Assembly (NCBI RefSeq): GCF_001194135.2
Contig: NC_068981.1
Span: 46,487,482-46,539,162 of the forward strand
Direction of reading: 5' to 3'
DNA length: 51,681 nt
Origin: Octopus bimaculoides
Lineage: Eukaryota
Below the pieces are notes generated by a model that searched no databases, was not told the origin of the DNA, and was given only the letters and a program-made list of their open reading frames with translations. This document shows positions 12,509 to 23,871 of the stretch, piece after piece. A program made the position numbers and the translations under genes. Every line of letters begins with the position of its first letter. Within the stretch, counting starts at the first letter, position 1.

Positions 12509-13616
12509 CTCACACACAGATACATTGATAATGTAGACACAAAGCTTTTGATAAATAACTATCAAATATCAAGCCGTAACTTGCTTATAGATTCATGAAT
12601 ATGTTATCAAATTTGAAATATTACATCTGTAATATATCTTTTTTTAAATATCCTTTATTGAAAATGACAATTTCTCTATTACGAATAAAAAATATATTTT
12701 TTTTAAATGGATGAAGAAAGCCTTTTTATATCAAAAGAATAAATGCAATGATCTATCGACTAGTGGGCTATAAAATATTTATGTCTGGCGATAAATAAGA
12801 TATCATATTTGTGACATTCATCTGGTACATTGATGGAGATGTGTTATATAATTTAGTATATAGAGAATGAAACTACTATATTTTCTGATGACTTTGGGGA
12901 AGCGAATAAGGTTAAGCAAGTAATCAGGAGCAGAGAGATAGAAAGCTGTAGTGTTTTTTTGTGTTGTTGTCTTTGATATTGCTGTTGATGATGATTATGA
13001 TGGCGGTAGTGTTGATGAAAATCAATAATAAGAAATGCTGTCACAACAATGTGTTTTCAAGACACATGTCATTAATCTTTTAGAGAAATCTATTTAACTA
13101 TGTCGCATCTCATTTATACGCAGAGGCCCCCGATATATTTCCTTTCGACTAGGTATCATCCTTCGAATACTTTGTTGAAAATATAAAGCGAGCACTCGAT
13201 CAATGATTCAATGGTTGATTATGACTTTTCTTTTAAAATTTTCTGAGTGAGAAATATTTCTATAATGAAGAATATATACTTATCGTCTGCACATAAAAAG
13301 TTTTGATTTTATTTATCTGTATATAAACAGTAAAGAAAATCTAAAACGCTTTATCCTCAGTTGCCAGCACATATAAAAACTAACCCATGCATCTCACCAT
13401 AGGAATACTATTAAGGAACAGTCATAATACGGAGTGGTAACAAGAAGAAATATAGAAAAGCATATAGGTCATATTTATACAGATATGAAGTAAAAACAGC
13501 TCTAGTATAATGAATATAATTAACAACGGATACTTAAAGTATATGTTTGGGGTCTTTTTTTTTTTCTTTTTCGGAGGCTGCAATGGTGTAGTGTAATGTA
13601 TACACTCTCAATTCGC

Positions 13617-13892
13617 CTTGAAGTCATGGACAGGCGAGTTACCTCATCCTTAATCCCATTTGCGAGCGATGGAAACCGATGTAGAGTTGCTTTTACTTCA
13701 TACGTAATTTTTTTCTTACGTTAGCAATCTCTTAGCATTCCAGTATATGGTTTTACAAGCCATGAGCATATAAGTTGCAGACTGGCTCGGTGACTTGCCT
13801 TCAACCTTAGCTACAAAAATGGTGAAGCATCGGTGTCCATCACACCTAGATGGGTTTAATTGTGAGTTACGTCACCTGTCCATGGCTCTAAG
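13617..13892. repeat. Imperfect ~65-bp inverted repeat pair (13617-13681 / 13828-13892)
   Basis: Both arms share CATGGACAGG.GA..TA.CTCA...TTAA.CCCAT.T.....GATGGA.ACCGATG in opposite orientations. Confidence 0.75.
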
Positions 13893-14036
13893 TTATTTTA
13901 ACGCCCAGCGATTTAAGAGTGCATATATATTCCACCACGCTTTTGCAGCCACCGGAAAGGGAAAAAAAAAACGTCAAGTACAAACGTTAAGTATATTTGG
14001 TTAATAATATTTAATATACTTGGGCTGCTTTAACTT

Positions 14037-14040
<4 letters not shown>

Positions 14041-14120
<80 letters not shown>
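14041..14120. repeat. (TC)n microsatellite
   Basis: Direct read. Confidence 0.98.
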
Positions 14121-14122
<2 letters not shown>

Positions 14123-14290
14123 CAACGACTAGTGTGGTATTGTTGTCTTTACATCTCCGTAATACCCGAAACTTAGCAGTTTAGCAAAACACATCGATAG
14201 TACTAGGATTAAAAAATAATTACTGAGGTCGATTCATTCGACTAAAATTTCTTCAACGCAGGGCCCCAGCATGGCTGCAGTCTAGTAAGT
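14121..14290 (+). mobile_element. SINE S2, 3' tail
   Basis: AACTTAGCAGTT..GAGGTCGATT..TCGACTAA..CCAGCATGGCTGCAGTC. Reverse complement of the motifs at 15681-15742 and 5961-6135. Confidence 0.65.
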
Positions 14291-14299
14291 GTTCAGACA

Positions 14300-14516
14300 A
14301 CGTTTATTTGATGGCAGAGATTGAGCTAATGAACAGCACATACAATTGATCACAATAAGCAAATCATTTCTGTAGACCGTTCGCCAGAGCTGAACTCCAT
14401 ATGCACACATGCGCACACACAGCACCCTAACAAATACAAATCACACGCATACACACACACACAAAAGTGCACACATATACACGCACCATCCTGCTAAATA
14501 TAAAACTCACGCATAC
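14300..14516 (+). mobile_element. Interspersed repeat S4 fragment followed by a CA-rich dispersed motif
   Basis: 14300-14390 resembles 37990-38070 (ATTTGATGG..GAG.TA..GCAC..ACA.TT.ATCAC.AT). 14423-14516 resembles 45532-45626. Confidence 0.5.
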
Positions 14517-14557
14517 ACACACACATACACACGCCACATTGAACTACAATAAATAAG

Positions 14558-15100
14558 GAACAGATCGGTTTCCTACAGTACAGACAGATTCTTTGAGTGA
14601 ATATATAGAGAGATATGCAAATAGTGTCCAACCAAACTTCACAGTTTCCCCATCTACCAGTACAAAGAAACAATTTCTGTACAAGAACATTTACATAAAG
14701 AAAATTTATTCATTGAATAGTACAGGACACGCCCAAATATAAGCGCATATGCAACGTTGGTCTCACTATATATTTTAATTTATGTTCACATACCCATCAC
14801 TGTAAATACTTCATCTCTCTACTTTAGCTTTAGAGTTTTGTATATCTATCTATCCCCTTCCTCAAACATGAGCAATCCCACCCCCGTCCCGAATAATAAC
14901 GATCACCATTTACCCTCCTCCCCACTTACATTTTTCTACTTGCTGATTCCTTTTATTCACAAACTCTCATTCGCAACAAGGAATAAAATTTTCGTGAGAA
15001 AATACGAAATTGCAATGCTTTCAATGTCATGATTAACGAAAGCGAAACCGGTCGACAAACACAATATTCTTTCGCTTATAAAATATATTAAAACATGTAT
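14558..15100 (+). mobile_element. Penelope-like element 3' remnant (GIY-YIG endonuclease C-terminus, UTR, hammerhead relic)
   Basis: With two frameshifts: EQIGFLQYRQIL/LSEYIERYANSVQPNFTV/FPIYQYKETISVQEHLHKENLFIE*YR, matching the F.IFP.Y...R..KE..FI..Y.P.LN end of Penelope endonucleases. HHR-shaped motif about 280 bp downstream. Confidence 0.7.
15025..15057 (+). ncRNA. Degenerate minimal type I hammerhead ribozyme
   Basis: TGTC-ATGATTA-ACGAAAGC-GAAA-CCGG-TC-GACA: stem I TGTC/GACA, palindromic ACCGGT stem III, GUC site. Core mutated from CTGATGA. Confidence 0.65.
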
Positions 15101-15144
15101 TAAAACTACGCAAATTGCGTGCATTTACCTTTGCATTATATATA

Positions 15145-15185
<41 letters not shown>

Positions 15186-15508
15186 CATTACGACTTACCA
15201 TGTGCGGATCATCGAAATTTTCCTCCTCCTTTTTCTTACTATATATAGACACAAGACATAGACATACTCTCACAAACACACCCACACGTATACACGCACT
15301 GTGCACACACAGCACAAACAAAACAATTGCAATAATACATCCAAACATATGCACGTACCACACAGGATAATAACATACACACTTGCACTCACACATACAC
15401 ATACACACGCGCAACAAATACACCACACACACACACTTATACACGCACGCACTCAGAAGCGCGAATGCACACACACGAGCACACACCTTAACAAATACAA
15501 ATCACACA

Positions 15509-15563
<55 letters not shown>

Positions 15564-15637
15564 CATTTTGAACTCTAAGAGAAGCCCCTAAAATCACTGA
15601 ACCTTGACAGGCTAGCCCAGAAACAAAAAAAAATACT

Positions 15638-15680
<43 letters not shown>

Positions 15681-15682
<2 letters not shown>

Positions 15683-15742
15683 TCCTTTACTGGTTTCAGT
15701 AAAGCGGCTAAAATCATGCTGGAGCACCACCGTAGTCTTACT
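15681..15742 (-). mobile_element. SINE S2, 3' terminus
   Basis: ACTCCTTTACTGGTTTCAGT..CATGCTGGAGCACC; reverse complement of the S2 tail motif CCAGCATG. Confidence 0.55.
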
Positions 15743-15744
15743 GA

Positions 15745-16200
15745 TTTCCTCATACTCCTGTATGTGCTTTATATCAACTGTTGACCCATTTGGTGTATGA
15801 GGGAGTTCGATTCCGCTGCACTCCTCTGTACCTTATGTAGAGCAGTTGGCTCAACCGGTATTGTGGATAGGAGGATGTCTAGTTCCTTTTTGAAGGCATC
15901 TACGTCCACTCTATGCAGATTTCTTTGAACCCTATACTATTGCAGTACCTCGTCCTGAATTTAGATGGTACCTTTGGCACAATACAATGTCGGCTAATTC
16001 TGGCATTTGTATAACACTCAATGTTATAGAGTCTTCCGTTTGTAGATTATATTTCGTATCTCTTGTGCCTTAAGCACAGCGAGTAAAGTTGCAATTTTCT
16101 CAGCCTGTCTGTGTAGCTTATCCGTTGCACCCTTTCAATCTATTTTGTGTAGTTGCGTTGTATTGCTTCAAGCTCCGGTGTTAGTTTGGCACTGTAAACG
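15745..16200 (-). mobile_element. CR1-group LINE ORF2 C-terminal fragment
   Basis: YSAKLTPELEAIQRNYTK*IERVQRISYTDRLRKLQLYSL..DVDAFKKELDILLSTIPVEPT..RSAAESNSLIHQ. Confidence 0.85.
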
Positions 16201-17262
16201 GAGAGGCAGAGAAAAAGTGTGATTGATAGGCGCTTGTGAACCAAGATATATTTAACAATATATCTTATGGAGTATCTAGTTGTTTCTGCGATTTTTCACA
16301 TTCAGTGATACTGTTGAGCTGGAAACAGTTATTCCCTAAGCCATATAACCTAGACTTGATCTTGTCATCAGAAATAATGTGTGCGCAAATAGGCCACGGA
16401 TGAACAATTGAAATAAGCGATCGCTTTAAATATGAGTAAGGATTTATTGTACGTAATGCTACACCTAAATATTTGTATATTATGTTGGTGCGTGCACTAT
16501 TTTCTTAATGACACTATATCAGCAAGGTTTACATTATTTTGATCTATATTTCTTTAAACAACTAAGATTTATTTTTACATGGACTTCCTCGCCCTCGTAC
16601 ATCTTCAAGGAAACACTAGGATATATCGATATTCTTGCATGCTTTTCAGTACCTTCTGTATCAATCGAGGAATATTGATCAATTGCTTCAAAGTAATTTC
16701 CCTAATTATTACTGAGTTAAACACACACATACACACGCGAACACACACTCACACACACACACACAAACGTACACACCTCACTCACTCAAACACACGTTAT
16801 AAACGTGCATACAAAAGAAAAGCAATCATCATTAACTTTATGCTAAAAGTAGATAAAATTAACCAATCACTATGACATGGTCATAAATATTTAAGAAGTG
16901 TATAGTAATTTTGTTATATTCTCTGTAAAACATAAATATCTTGGAGCATAAAAGATAATGAGTTTTATTTTTCAATGGTTTTCATTTATTGCTTTGCATA
17001 TATCCCTGTTCAAAACATATATACTTGCAGTCTTCGAGTTGTAGTCGTTATAGAGTAAGAATTGTTTAATCACAACTTACATTTTCGCAATATAATAAAA
17101 CACTGATTAGCTTTCCGTAGGAAAATGTTTCCTGCGCAAGGTCATATGAATATCATTTCATATATTTGTATGGAAAAGGTTGCATGTACATTAGATGACA
17201 TCGCAAATAGTCCACGAGGAGAGAGTGAAGCCGTGTTTCTTCAACACAATGTTAGGCATATA

Positions 17263-17306
<44 letters not shown>

Positions 17307-18574
17307 NNNNNNNNNNNNNNNNNNNNNNNNNNNNNNNNNNNNNNNNNNNNNNNNNNNNNNNNNNNNNNNNNNNNNNNNNNNNNNNNNNNNNNNNNNNNNN
17401 NNNNNNNNNNNNNNNNNNNNNNNNNNNNNNNNNNNNNNNNNNNNNNNNNNNNNNNNNNNNNNNNNNNNNNNNNNNNNNNNNNNNNNNNNNNNNNNNNNNN
17501 NNNNNNNNNNNNNNNNNNNNNNNNNNNNNNNNNNNNNNNNNNNNNNNNNNNNNNNNNNNNNNNNNNNNNNNNNNNNNNNNNNNNNNNNNNNNNNNNNNNN
17601 NNNNNNNNNNNNNNNNNNNNNNNNNNNNNNNNNNNNNNNNNNNNNNNNNNNNNNNNNNNNNNNNNNNNNNNNNNNNNNNNNNNNNNNNNNNNNNNNNNNN
17701 NNNNNNNNNNNNNNNNNNNNNNNNNNNNNNNNNNNNNNTATATATTCATTTAAAATACAGAGATGCCTATAATAGGACATCTAACCCACTCGAAAAGCAG
17801 CAAAAAACTCTGTACCACAAAATTAGGGATAATTTCGAAAGGGAACGAAAAATAAAAACATTTACCAATCTATTTTCCGTACCATGGTTTCAAGCTATTT
17901 TAACAAAATAAAATATTTTGCCAGGACAGCTATCTTCAGCGGAATACCTCGATATAACATATAAACACGAGTCGCTACATAGGAAACGAGACTTATGCTT
18001 ATATGCTTAATTTTTCAAAATTTACCGTGCATGTGGTAATTAATCATCTCTCTACGTTCATTTGCGCCACATGGCTCAAATCCAATCCCCTCTTCACCTG
18101 ACTCCCCTCCTCTCCTCTTATCATCTGACACCTACTTCCTCTCTTCACTCCTTCCCACATTCTACCTTCATCGATATCCCTTCCATCCACCCCAACCCCG
18201 ACACATCCTACGTCCACATATTCCACCCCTACCTCCACATCCTCACCCTCACATCCCCAAACCACAACACCGCCTACCAAATCACACCATTCCGCACACA
18301 CTAGCACTGACCATTTTCCAACACCCACATCATCTACGCACGCACACATTACAGACGCATACGCGCACGCACACATCCAAACGTTAAAATCACCAGCCCG
18401 TATCCACACGCACAAACTTACACATTCTCACATACATACACGCACGCATACCTTCGTTTTGGGATCACTAATACTTTATCATCTCCCCTTCTTCCTGGTT
18501 CTCCTGTCTAACTACCTTTGTCCAACCAGTCACCATGATTGACTGCAAGCTTCAAAAATGTTCTTTTTCTTTAT

Positions 18575-18726
18575 TATCTCTCTGCTTATTTCATCGTATT
18601 ATTTTCTGTTGAAGAGCGTAGGCTCGAAACGTAAAATATTATTTCACCTTCCCGAGCGTCAAACTAATGCAACTGATTGTTATTTATACACCTGTCTTTG
18701 TCTTTTTTTTTTCTGTAAATTTCAAG

Positions 18727-18728
<2 letters not shown>
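18575..18728 (+). mobile_element. Penelope-type terminal repeat fragment with hammerhead motif
   Basis: Homologous to 42280-42390 (GCTCGAAAC..TTCCCGAGCGTCA.ACTAAT..TTGTTATTTA.AC.CCTGTC). Carries an HHR-shaped motif. Confidence 0.65.
18602..18636 (+). ncRNA. Minimal type I hammerhead-like motif with variant core CUGUUGA
   Basis: TTTT-CTGTTGA-A-GAGC-GTAG-GCTC-GAAA-CGT-A-AAA: perfect 4-bp stem II, ACGT palindrome, GUA site, weak stem I. Confidence 0.6.
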
Positions 18729-18775
<47 letters not shown>

Positions 18776-21713
18776 ATATACATATACATACAAGTAATAT
18801 TCGTAGCCACTTCAGCGTTGCTGTCCGAGCAGACTCTAGTGCGATTTGTTAACCCCAAGAGGACATTTCCTCTAGTTATTTAACGAAGCACTGCTGCATC
18901 CGGTATAACTGCGAGCAGGGGAGCGAACGCTTTCCATACCATAGCGACGGGACCAGTAGCCCAGTAAATTTTGGTTGAGATACGACAGAAATATATAATT
19001 ATCTGTAACTTTATTGTATTTTGTTTCAAATGTATTTTGTCTTGAAGTTAGATTTTACCTTGCCGTATTACCAAATTGGATCTTACGGTTACTTTAATGG
19101 GGTTCACTTTACAATCCACCAATTTTAATGTACATAACTGTTAAATTTCTACGAAATATTATCCGAATTGATATTTTAAGACATACCAGAAATTTTATTC
19201 ATCCAGCTGCACCAGTATAGATAAGTATCATTATTATATCATGGGGCATTTAGTGCGATCGGAAGAGACATACTATATAAAAGCATGAAACAAAATAGTC
19301 ATATTCATATATTACCATTCTAACTATACATCTCATAAACCCACCGCGCGCACACACGCACACTCACACGCACACTCACAAACAAAGAAACAAACAAACG
19401 CACACACACATACACACATTACTCTCTCATACGCATGCATGCCACTCAATCCTATATATATATATATACAAGAATACGCATACATATTATATCTTTATAT
19501 AATATACATATAATACAAACATATATTTATCAATATATATATATATACATATATTATGTGTGTATGCGTGTGTAAACACATATAATATATGTGTGCGTGT
19601 ATATATATGTATGTACTTATGTGTGTATGTATATATGCATGCGTGTATGTATATACGGGAAAATATTTCTAGTTCATATGAAAGCGATAGATTAATAGCA
19701 ATCAAATTCAATTACCTGATGTGTAAGAAGTCAGGTTTATTACTATGGTCATATTTACAACAACCGTCTGTGTTAGAATGTGGACACATAATTATTTAAT
19801 CAATACAGTACTAAGATATTACCAATAGGTAGATGTTACAAGGTTTGTGAGAAGTGTTATGTTGGGAATGTCAAATATAACTAATTTCTGTAACAATATA
19901 TTATCCCATTACGTGATTGCAACACTTTTTTCATGCTACACACCTACGAGAAATCAGATCCGTTTTCGTTTATATTATATGTTGATGTATTTAACTTTAT
20001 AATGAATTTTCTGGTGTAGTCCATTCTAAGTGCATTGCTTACTTTGTCTTCTTACGTTGTCTTCTAATTTTGAACGCTAATTCATTTGTGATTATACACA
20101 CACACTCACACACATACACACACGCACACATATAATTTCATGCATACACTCGCAGCTTGTGTGTGTACGTGCGTGTGTGTGTACGTGTGTGTATGCGCGC
20201 GCGCGTCTGCATGCGTATGTGTGTGCCTGCACGCGCGCGCACGTATGTGTTTTCCTGCAGATACACTATTGATAGCTAGAAGCCAAATCCTTCGCCCCAT
20301 TTTCATGATTTGAAGCTAATGGGTGAGGAATGCTTAGGATTGAATCATATTTCATGTAATTTTCTCAGATAATCTTCGAGCAATTCCCAGCAACCGGATG
20401 AACACCGACACGCTTAATTTCGCATAGAATAAGAATGAGAGATTTGCGGAAAATGTTAACACAAACTGTAAGAGTCGATAGCTAATTGCTTCAGATTCCT
20501 GTCTTCTTATGTGAGCATATTTGTTGAGCATAATCAGTCATTGATCTATTTCTTCTTATAAAACTTGCACTGCCGAGTTGTCGTTTGCATGAGTTATTAT
20601 TTGCCATATGAAACCGTCCCTTTTTTCATTCGAAATTAATATTTATATATTCTTCTGTAACTGACATTTATTGGAGTAGCATAACCATGAGAAAGCTTGA
20701 AGAAATATCTTACAGTCTCTAATTGCCTCTTTCTCATTTCTTAATTCACATTCCACTCTATTCAGTTTTGCCTTTCACTATTGAAATTTCACCAGTTCTA
20801 TTCTTACTACAACTTTACGCTGAATACTATTTTAGTATTATCTATGACCTACTGTGGTTGTAGTAAATTGGTATACGTACCAACCCTAAAGAGAATATCA
20901 TTATATTTACTTCTTTACAAAGTAAATATTGCCATTTTCCTTTGCATTTGATTATATATGAGAAATTTATACCAAATATTACTGAAAGATTTACTAATGA
21001 TAGAGTAATATCCTTTAGGGAAGATTCTGAAACTCTCCCGCCCAAATTTCTAAGGTTTACAGACATAGTGAATGAAACAATATTACTTTAGATTCGCAGT
21101 GACAAATCAACAAGGCACTGTTCACTTGGTATCTAGACCTCATGCAAATGGTAGACTTAGCAGCTCAATCTGACTGAAATCGGATCTGCTATTTTAGAAA
21201 TGGGTGGATGGATTTTACAATGTGTTTCGATATACGCTGCTTCTGAATGAAGAACAATTTTTTTCGAACTGGGAGAAGTTTATTCATTAACATTGTCGTT
21301 CGTAGCTGACCTTGATTACACGTTTACAGTAAATGAATAGCTCCCTTAGTGAACAACTTAATTTACTCTAACAACATATAGTGATATCATATCTAACTAT
21401 ATATAAGGATGTGTTATCATTATGATATGAATATCAGAACTGCTTATCATGCCTACCTTTGCACGTGGTGCTGAAATTAGGTTGTTATAAATATTTGTAC
21501 CCTTTTGTCTCAGAAATCAGAGACATATATATTCACTTCGTGCTGGCCAAACTAATAATCTATCTTAATTTCAGCTGTTCCCGTAGACCAGTTAGTTTAA
21601 ATATTATTCAACAGACTAAGCGAAAATTACAATATGGGAAGGAACTCAATAAATTTTGCCAAATTTTGCCTAGAAATTATGATGTACATTATTATCATAT
21701 TTGTTTCTTTTGT

Positions 21714-21927
21714 AAGGCGGTGAACTGGCCGAATCGTTAGCACGTGGGAAAAATGCTTATTGGCATTTCGTCCGGAATTACGTTCTGCATTCAGATTCCG
21801 CCGAGGTCGATTTTGCTTTCATTCTTTCGGGATCGATAAAACAAGCACCAATTTTGGGCCGATCTAAACGACTCGACCCTCCTACAAAATGCATACGTTG
21901 TGCCAAAATCCGAAACCGATATTTATC
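21714..21927 (+). mobile_element. SINE S1, full length with 8-bp target-site duplication
   Basis: A-box-like TGGCCGAATCGTTAG, degenerate B box, central GCTTTCATTCTTTCGGGATCGATAAAA block. TCTTTTGT flanks both sides (21706-21713, 21928-21935). Confidence 0.88.
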
Positions 21928-22062
21928 TCTTTTGTTTAATCATTTTAACATTAATATTTATGTTGCAATTATATTAGTGCAAATTCCAATTGAAAAAAAA
22001 ACAAAAAAAACAATTACAGTATTTACATTTGACGGACATTTGTCCTCATCTTGTTTGTTGTT

Positions 22063-22108
22063 AACATAACATTTCGGCTGATATACTCTCCAGGCTTCAT
22101 CAGGTGTC
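22063..22108 (-). ncRNA. Minimal type I hammerhead ribozyme, left arm
   Basis: Minus strand GACAC-CTGATGA-A-GCCTG-GAGAGTATAT-CAGCC-GAAA-TGT-T-ATGTT: intact core, 4/5 stem II pairs. Confidence 0.75.
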
Positions 22109-22191
22109 TTCGGGAAATATCGAACCTGGATTCTCATTCCTAAGGTGTCTTTCAATGTTGTTGTTGTTGTTGTTATTATTATTATTATTAT

Positions 22192-22263
22192 TCAGGTTAC
22201 GCCTGGAATCGAACACGGAATCTTGGTGTTAGTAGCTCGCGCTCTTAAAAACTACGCCATATG
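22192..22263 (-). other. tRNA-derived Pol III head, left arm
   Basis: TGGCGTAGTTTTTAAGAGCGCGAGCTACTAACACCAAGATTCCGTGTTCGATTCC: A box (mutated to a T-run) and B box. No complete acceptor stem. Confidence 0.75.
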
Positions 22264-22271
22264 CTCTTGAT

Positions 22272-22339
22272 CATAAGGCGTAGCAGTTAAGAGCACTGTT
22301 TACTAATCCCAAGATTCCGAGTTCGATTCCAAGCAGTGA

Positions 22340-22344
<5 letters not shown>
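22272..22344 (+). other. tRNA-derived Pol III head, right arm
   Basis: AGGCGTAGCAGTTAAGAGC (A box) and GAGTTCGATTCC (B box, 22319-22330). Confidence 0.8.
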
Positions 22345-22404
<60 letters not shown>

Positions 22405-22451
22405 TCGAAAAACACCTTAGGAATACGAACCCAGGTTCGAAATTTCCCCAA

Positions 22452-22497
22452 GACACCTGATGAAATCTGGAGAGTATATCAGCCGAAACGTTATGTT
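22452..22497 (+). ncRNA. Minimal type I hammerhead ribozyme, right arm
   Basis: GACAC-CTGATGA(22457-22463)-A-ATCTG-GAGAGTATAT-CAGCC-GAAA(22485-22488)-CGT-T-ATGTT: intact core, ACGT palindrome, GUU site, stem II partly decayed. Confidence 0.75.
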
Positions 22498-23871
22498 AAC
22501 AACAAACAAGATGAGGACAAATATCCGTCAAATGTAATTAATGTAAATAATGTACATAATTCCACATCTCTTAAATATAGAACTGAGAAACAATTAGATC
22601 CAACACTAAATGCTAGCCACATATTGTATGTTTACTTATTGTATTAACGAATAGGCATCATTCAACACGAGTGTTATAGAATATAATCACAAGTTATTAA
22701 CGAATCACCCTCGTCTTTACATATACAAACATAAAATTTCAGAGTTGCTATTTTAGGATGTATCCCGAAATAGGGTGTATTATAGAATACCACTAAAATT
22801 GTTTCAATAACCTTGTTTGATATGCGTTAGTCAGTTTTGGTGGATCGCACTTCTCCCTAAATGATTAGCTATAATCAGCCAAATTTGAGGTATGAAAGAC
22901 GATGATTTGTGTTCAGTAGTAAATGGAGGAGTTGTGACGTTAAATTCTGTATCAAGGACATTAGTCATGCAAGAAAGCTGAAATGATCTTATCATATAAT
23001 AAGCTTATTGAATGCTTTGGTTCAATACACGTTGCTCACCAAAGTGTGTTCATATTGACAATTAAATATTCCGGTTATTGCCTCGCTTTAACAATACTGT
23101 TTGTAGATATTTTCAACGCATCATTTAAAGTTCTAGTTACAGCAAGTTCACAATATCATCCATTTTCTCCTTCATATTCTCGTTTTGACATCTTTATATA
23201 TTAATTCCATTGTGCATGCAATGATTCTCAGAAGCTAGTTTATCTTCTCTGGAAATTTAAATCGAACGTTAGATACGAATTCTGACCAGCATGACACTAT
23301 TTAGAAGATCCAATATTGATACAGCTTATATTTCGCACTTGGAAAATACTGCAGCCCATTTAAATATATCGATGTAATGGAAGTTTTGCAGAAAAGGTCA
23401 GGATACCAGGGTGCTTAGTAATACTTTATTTGTTGCCATCGGATATAAGCTATGATGTGTAGAAAACCGTCAGGCGCATTTCAACTTCGCATATGTATTG
23501 AGAAAAGCAATATACTATTTCTTTCACGCACTTTTTGCTATCTCTATTCTATGTCTCGCTGTCTCTTATTGACACTGTATATATATATATATATACATAC
23601 AACTACATATCTACACACACGACACAAGAACAAACGTATGTAAATATGAAAGTAAATGTGTACGAAAGTATTAACGTGTAATTGTGCACGCATATGTATA
23701 TATATATATATATTCGTGTGTGTGTGTGAGTGCGTATACTTATATAGGTGCATTTATGAATAGACATGTATTAATATATTATGCAGTTATCTATGTGTAT
23801 ATATATGTATGTGTGCATATGAATATACAAATTTACACCCACATACTCACACATACACACATAAATACATA

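Larger units (their letters stand above)
22017..22585. mobile_element. Palindromic composite element: two back-to-back arms of tRNA-like head, (AAT)n and hammerhead; flanked by direct repeat AAACAATTA
   Basis: 22017-22264 is the reverse complement of about 22271-22545. AAACAATTA at 22008-22016 and 22588-22596 (10/11 match when extended by 2 bp). Confidence 0.9.

Noticed and set aside
12885-12910. CTGATGA as a hammerhead core
   Set aside because: Followed by GAAT rather than GAAA, with no stem I or III. The matches at 16365-16371 (minus) and 24203-24209 (inside the RLE ORF) also lack the rest of the fold.
18790-18990. Possible Tc1-type transposase fragment (GPVAMVWKAF on minus)
   Set aside because: One weak motif only, with no catalytic residues or TIR.
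22192-22344. Two tRNA genes
   Set aside because: A and B boxes are present but the acceptor stem cannot form and the arms are decayed; these are SINE-type heads.
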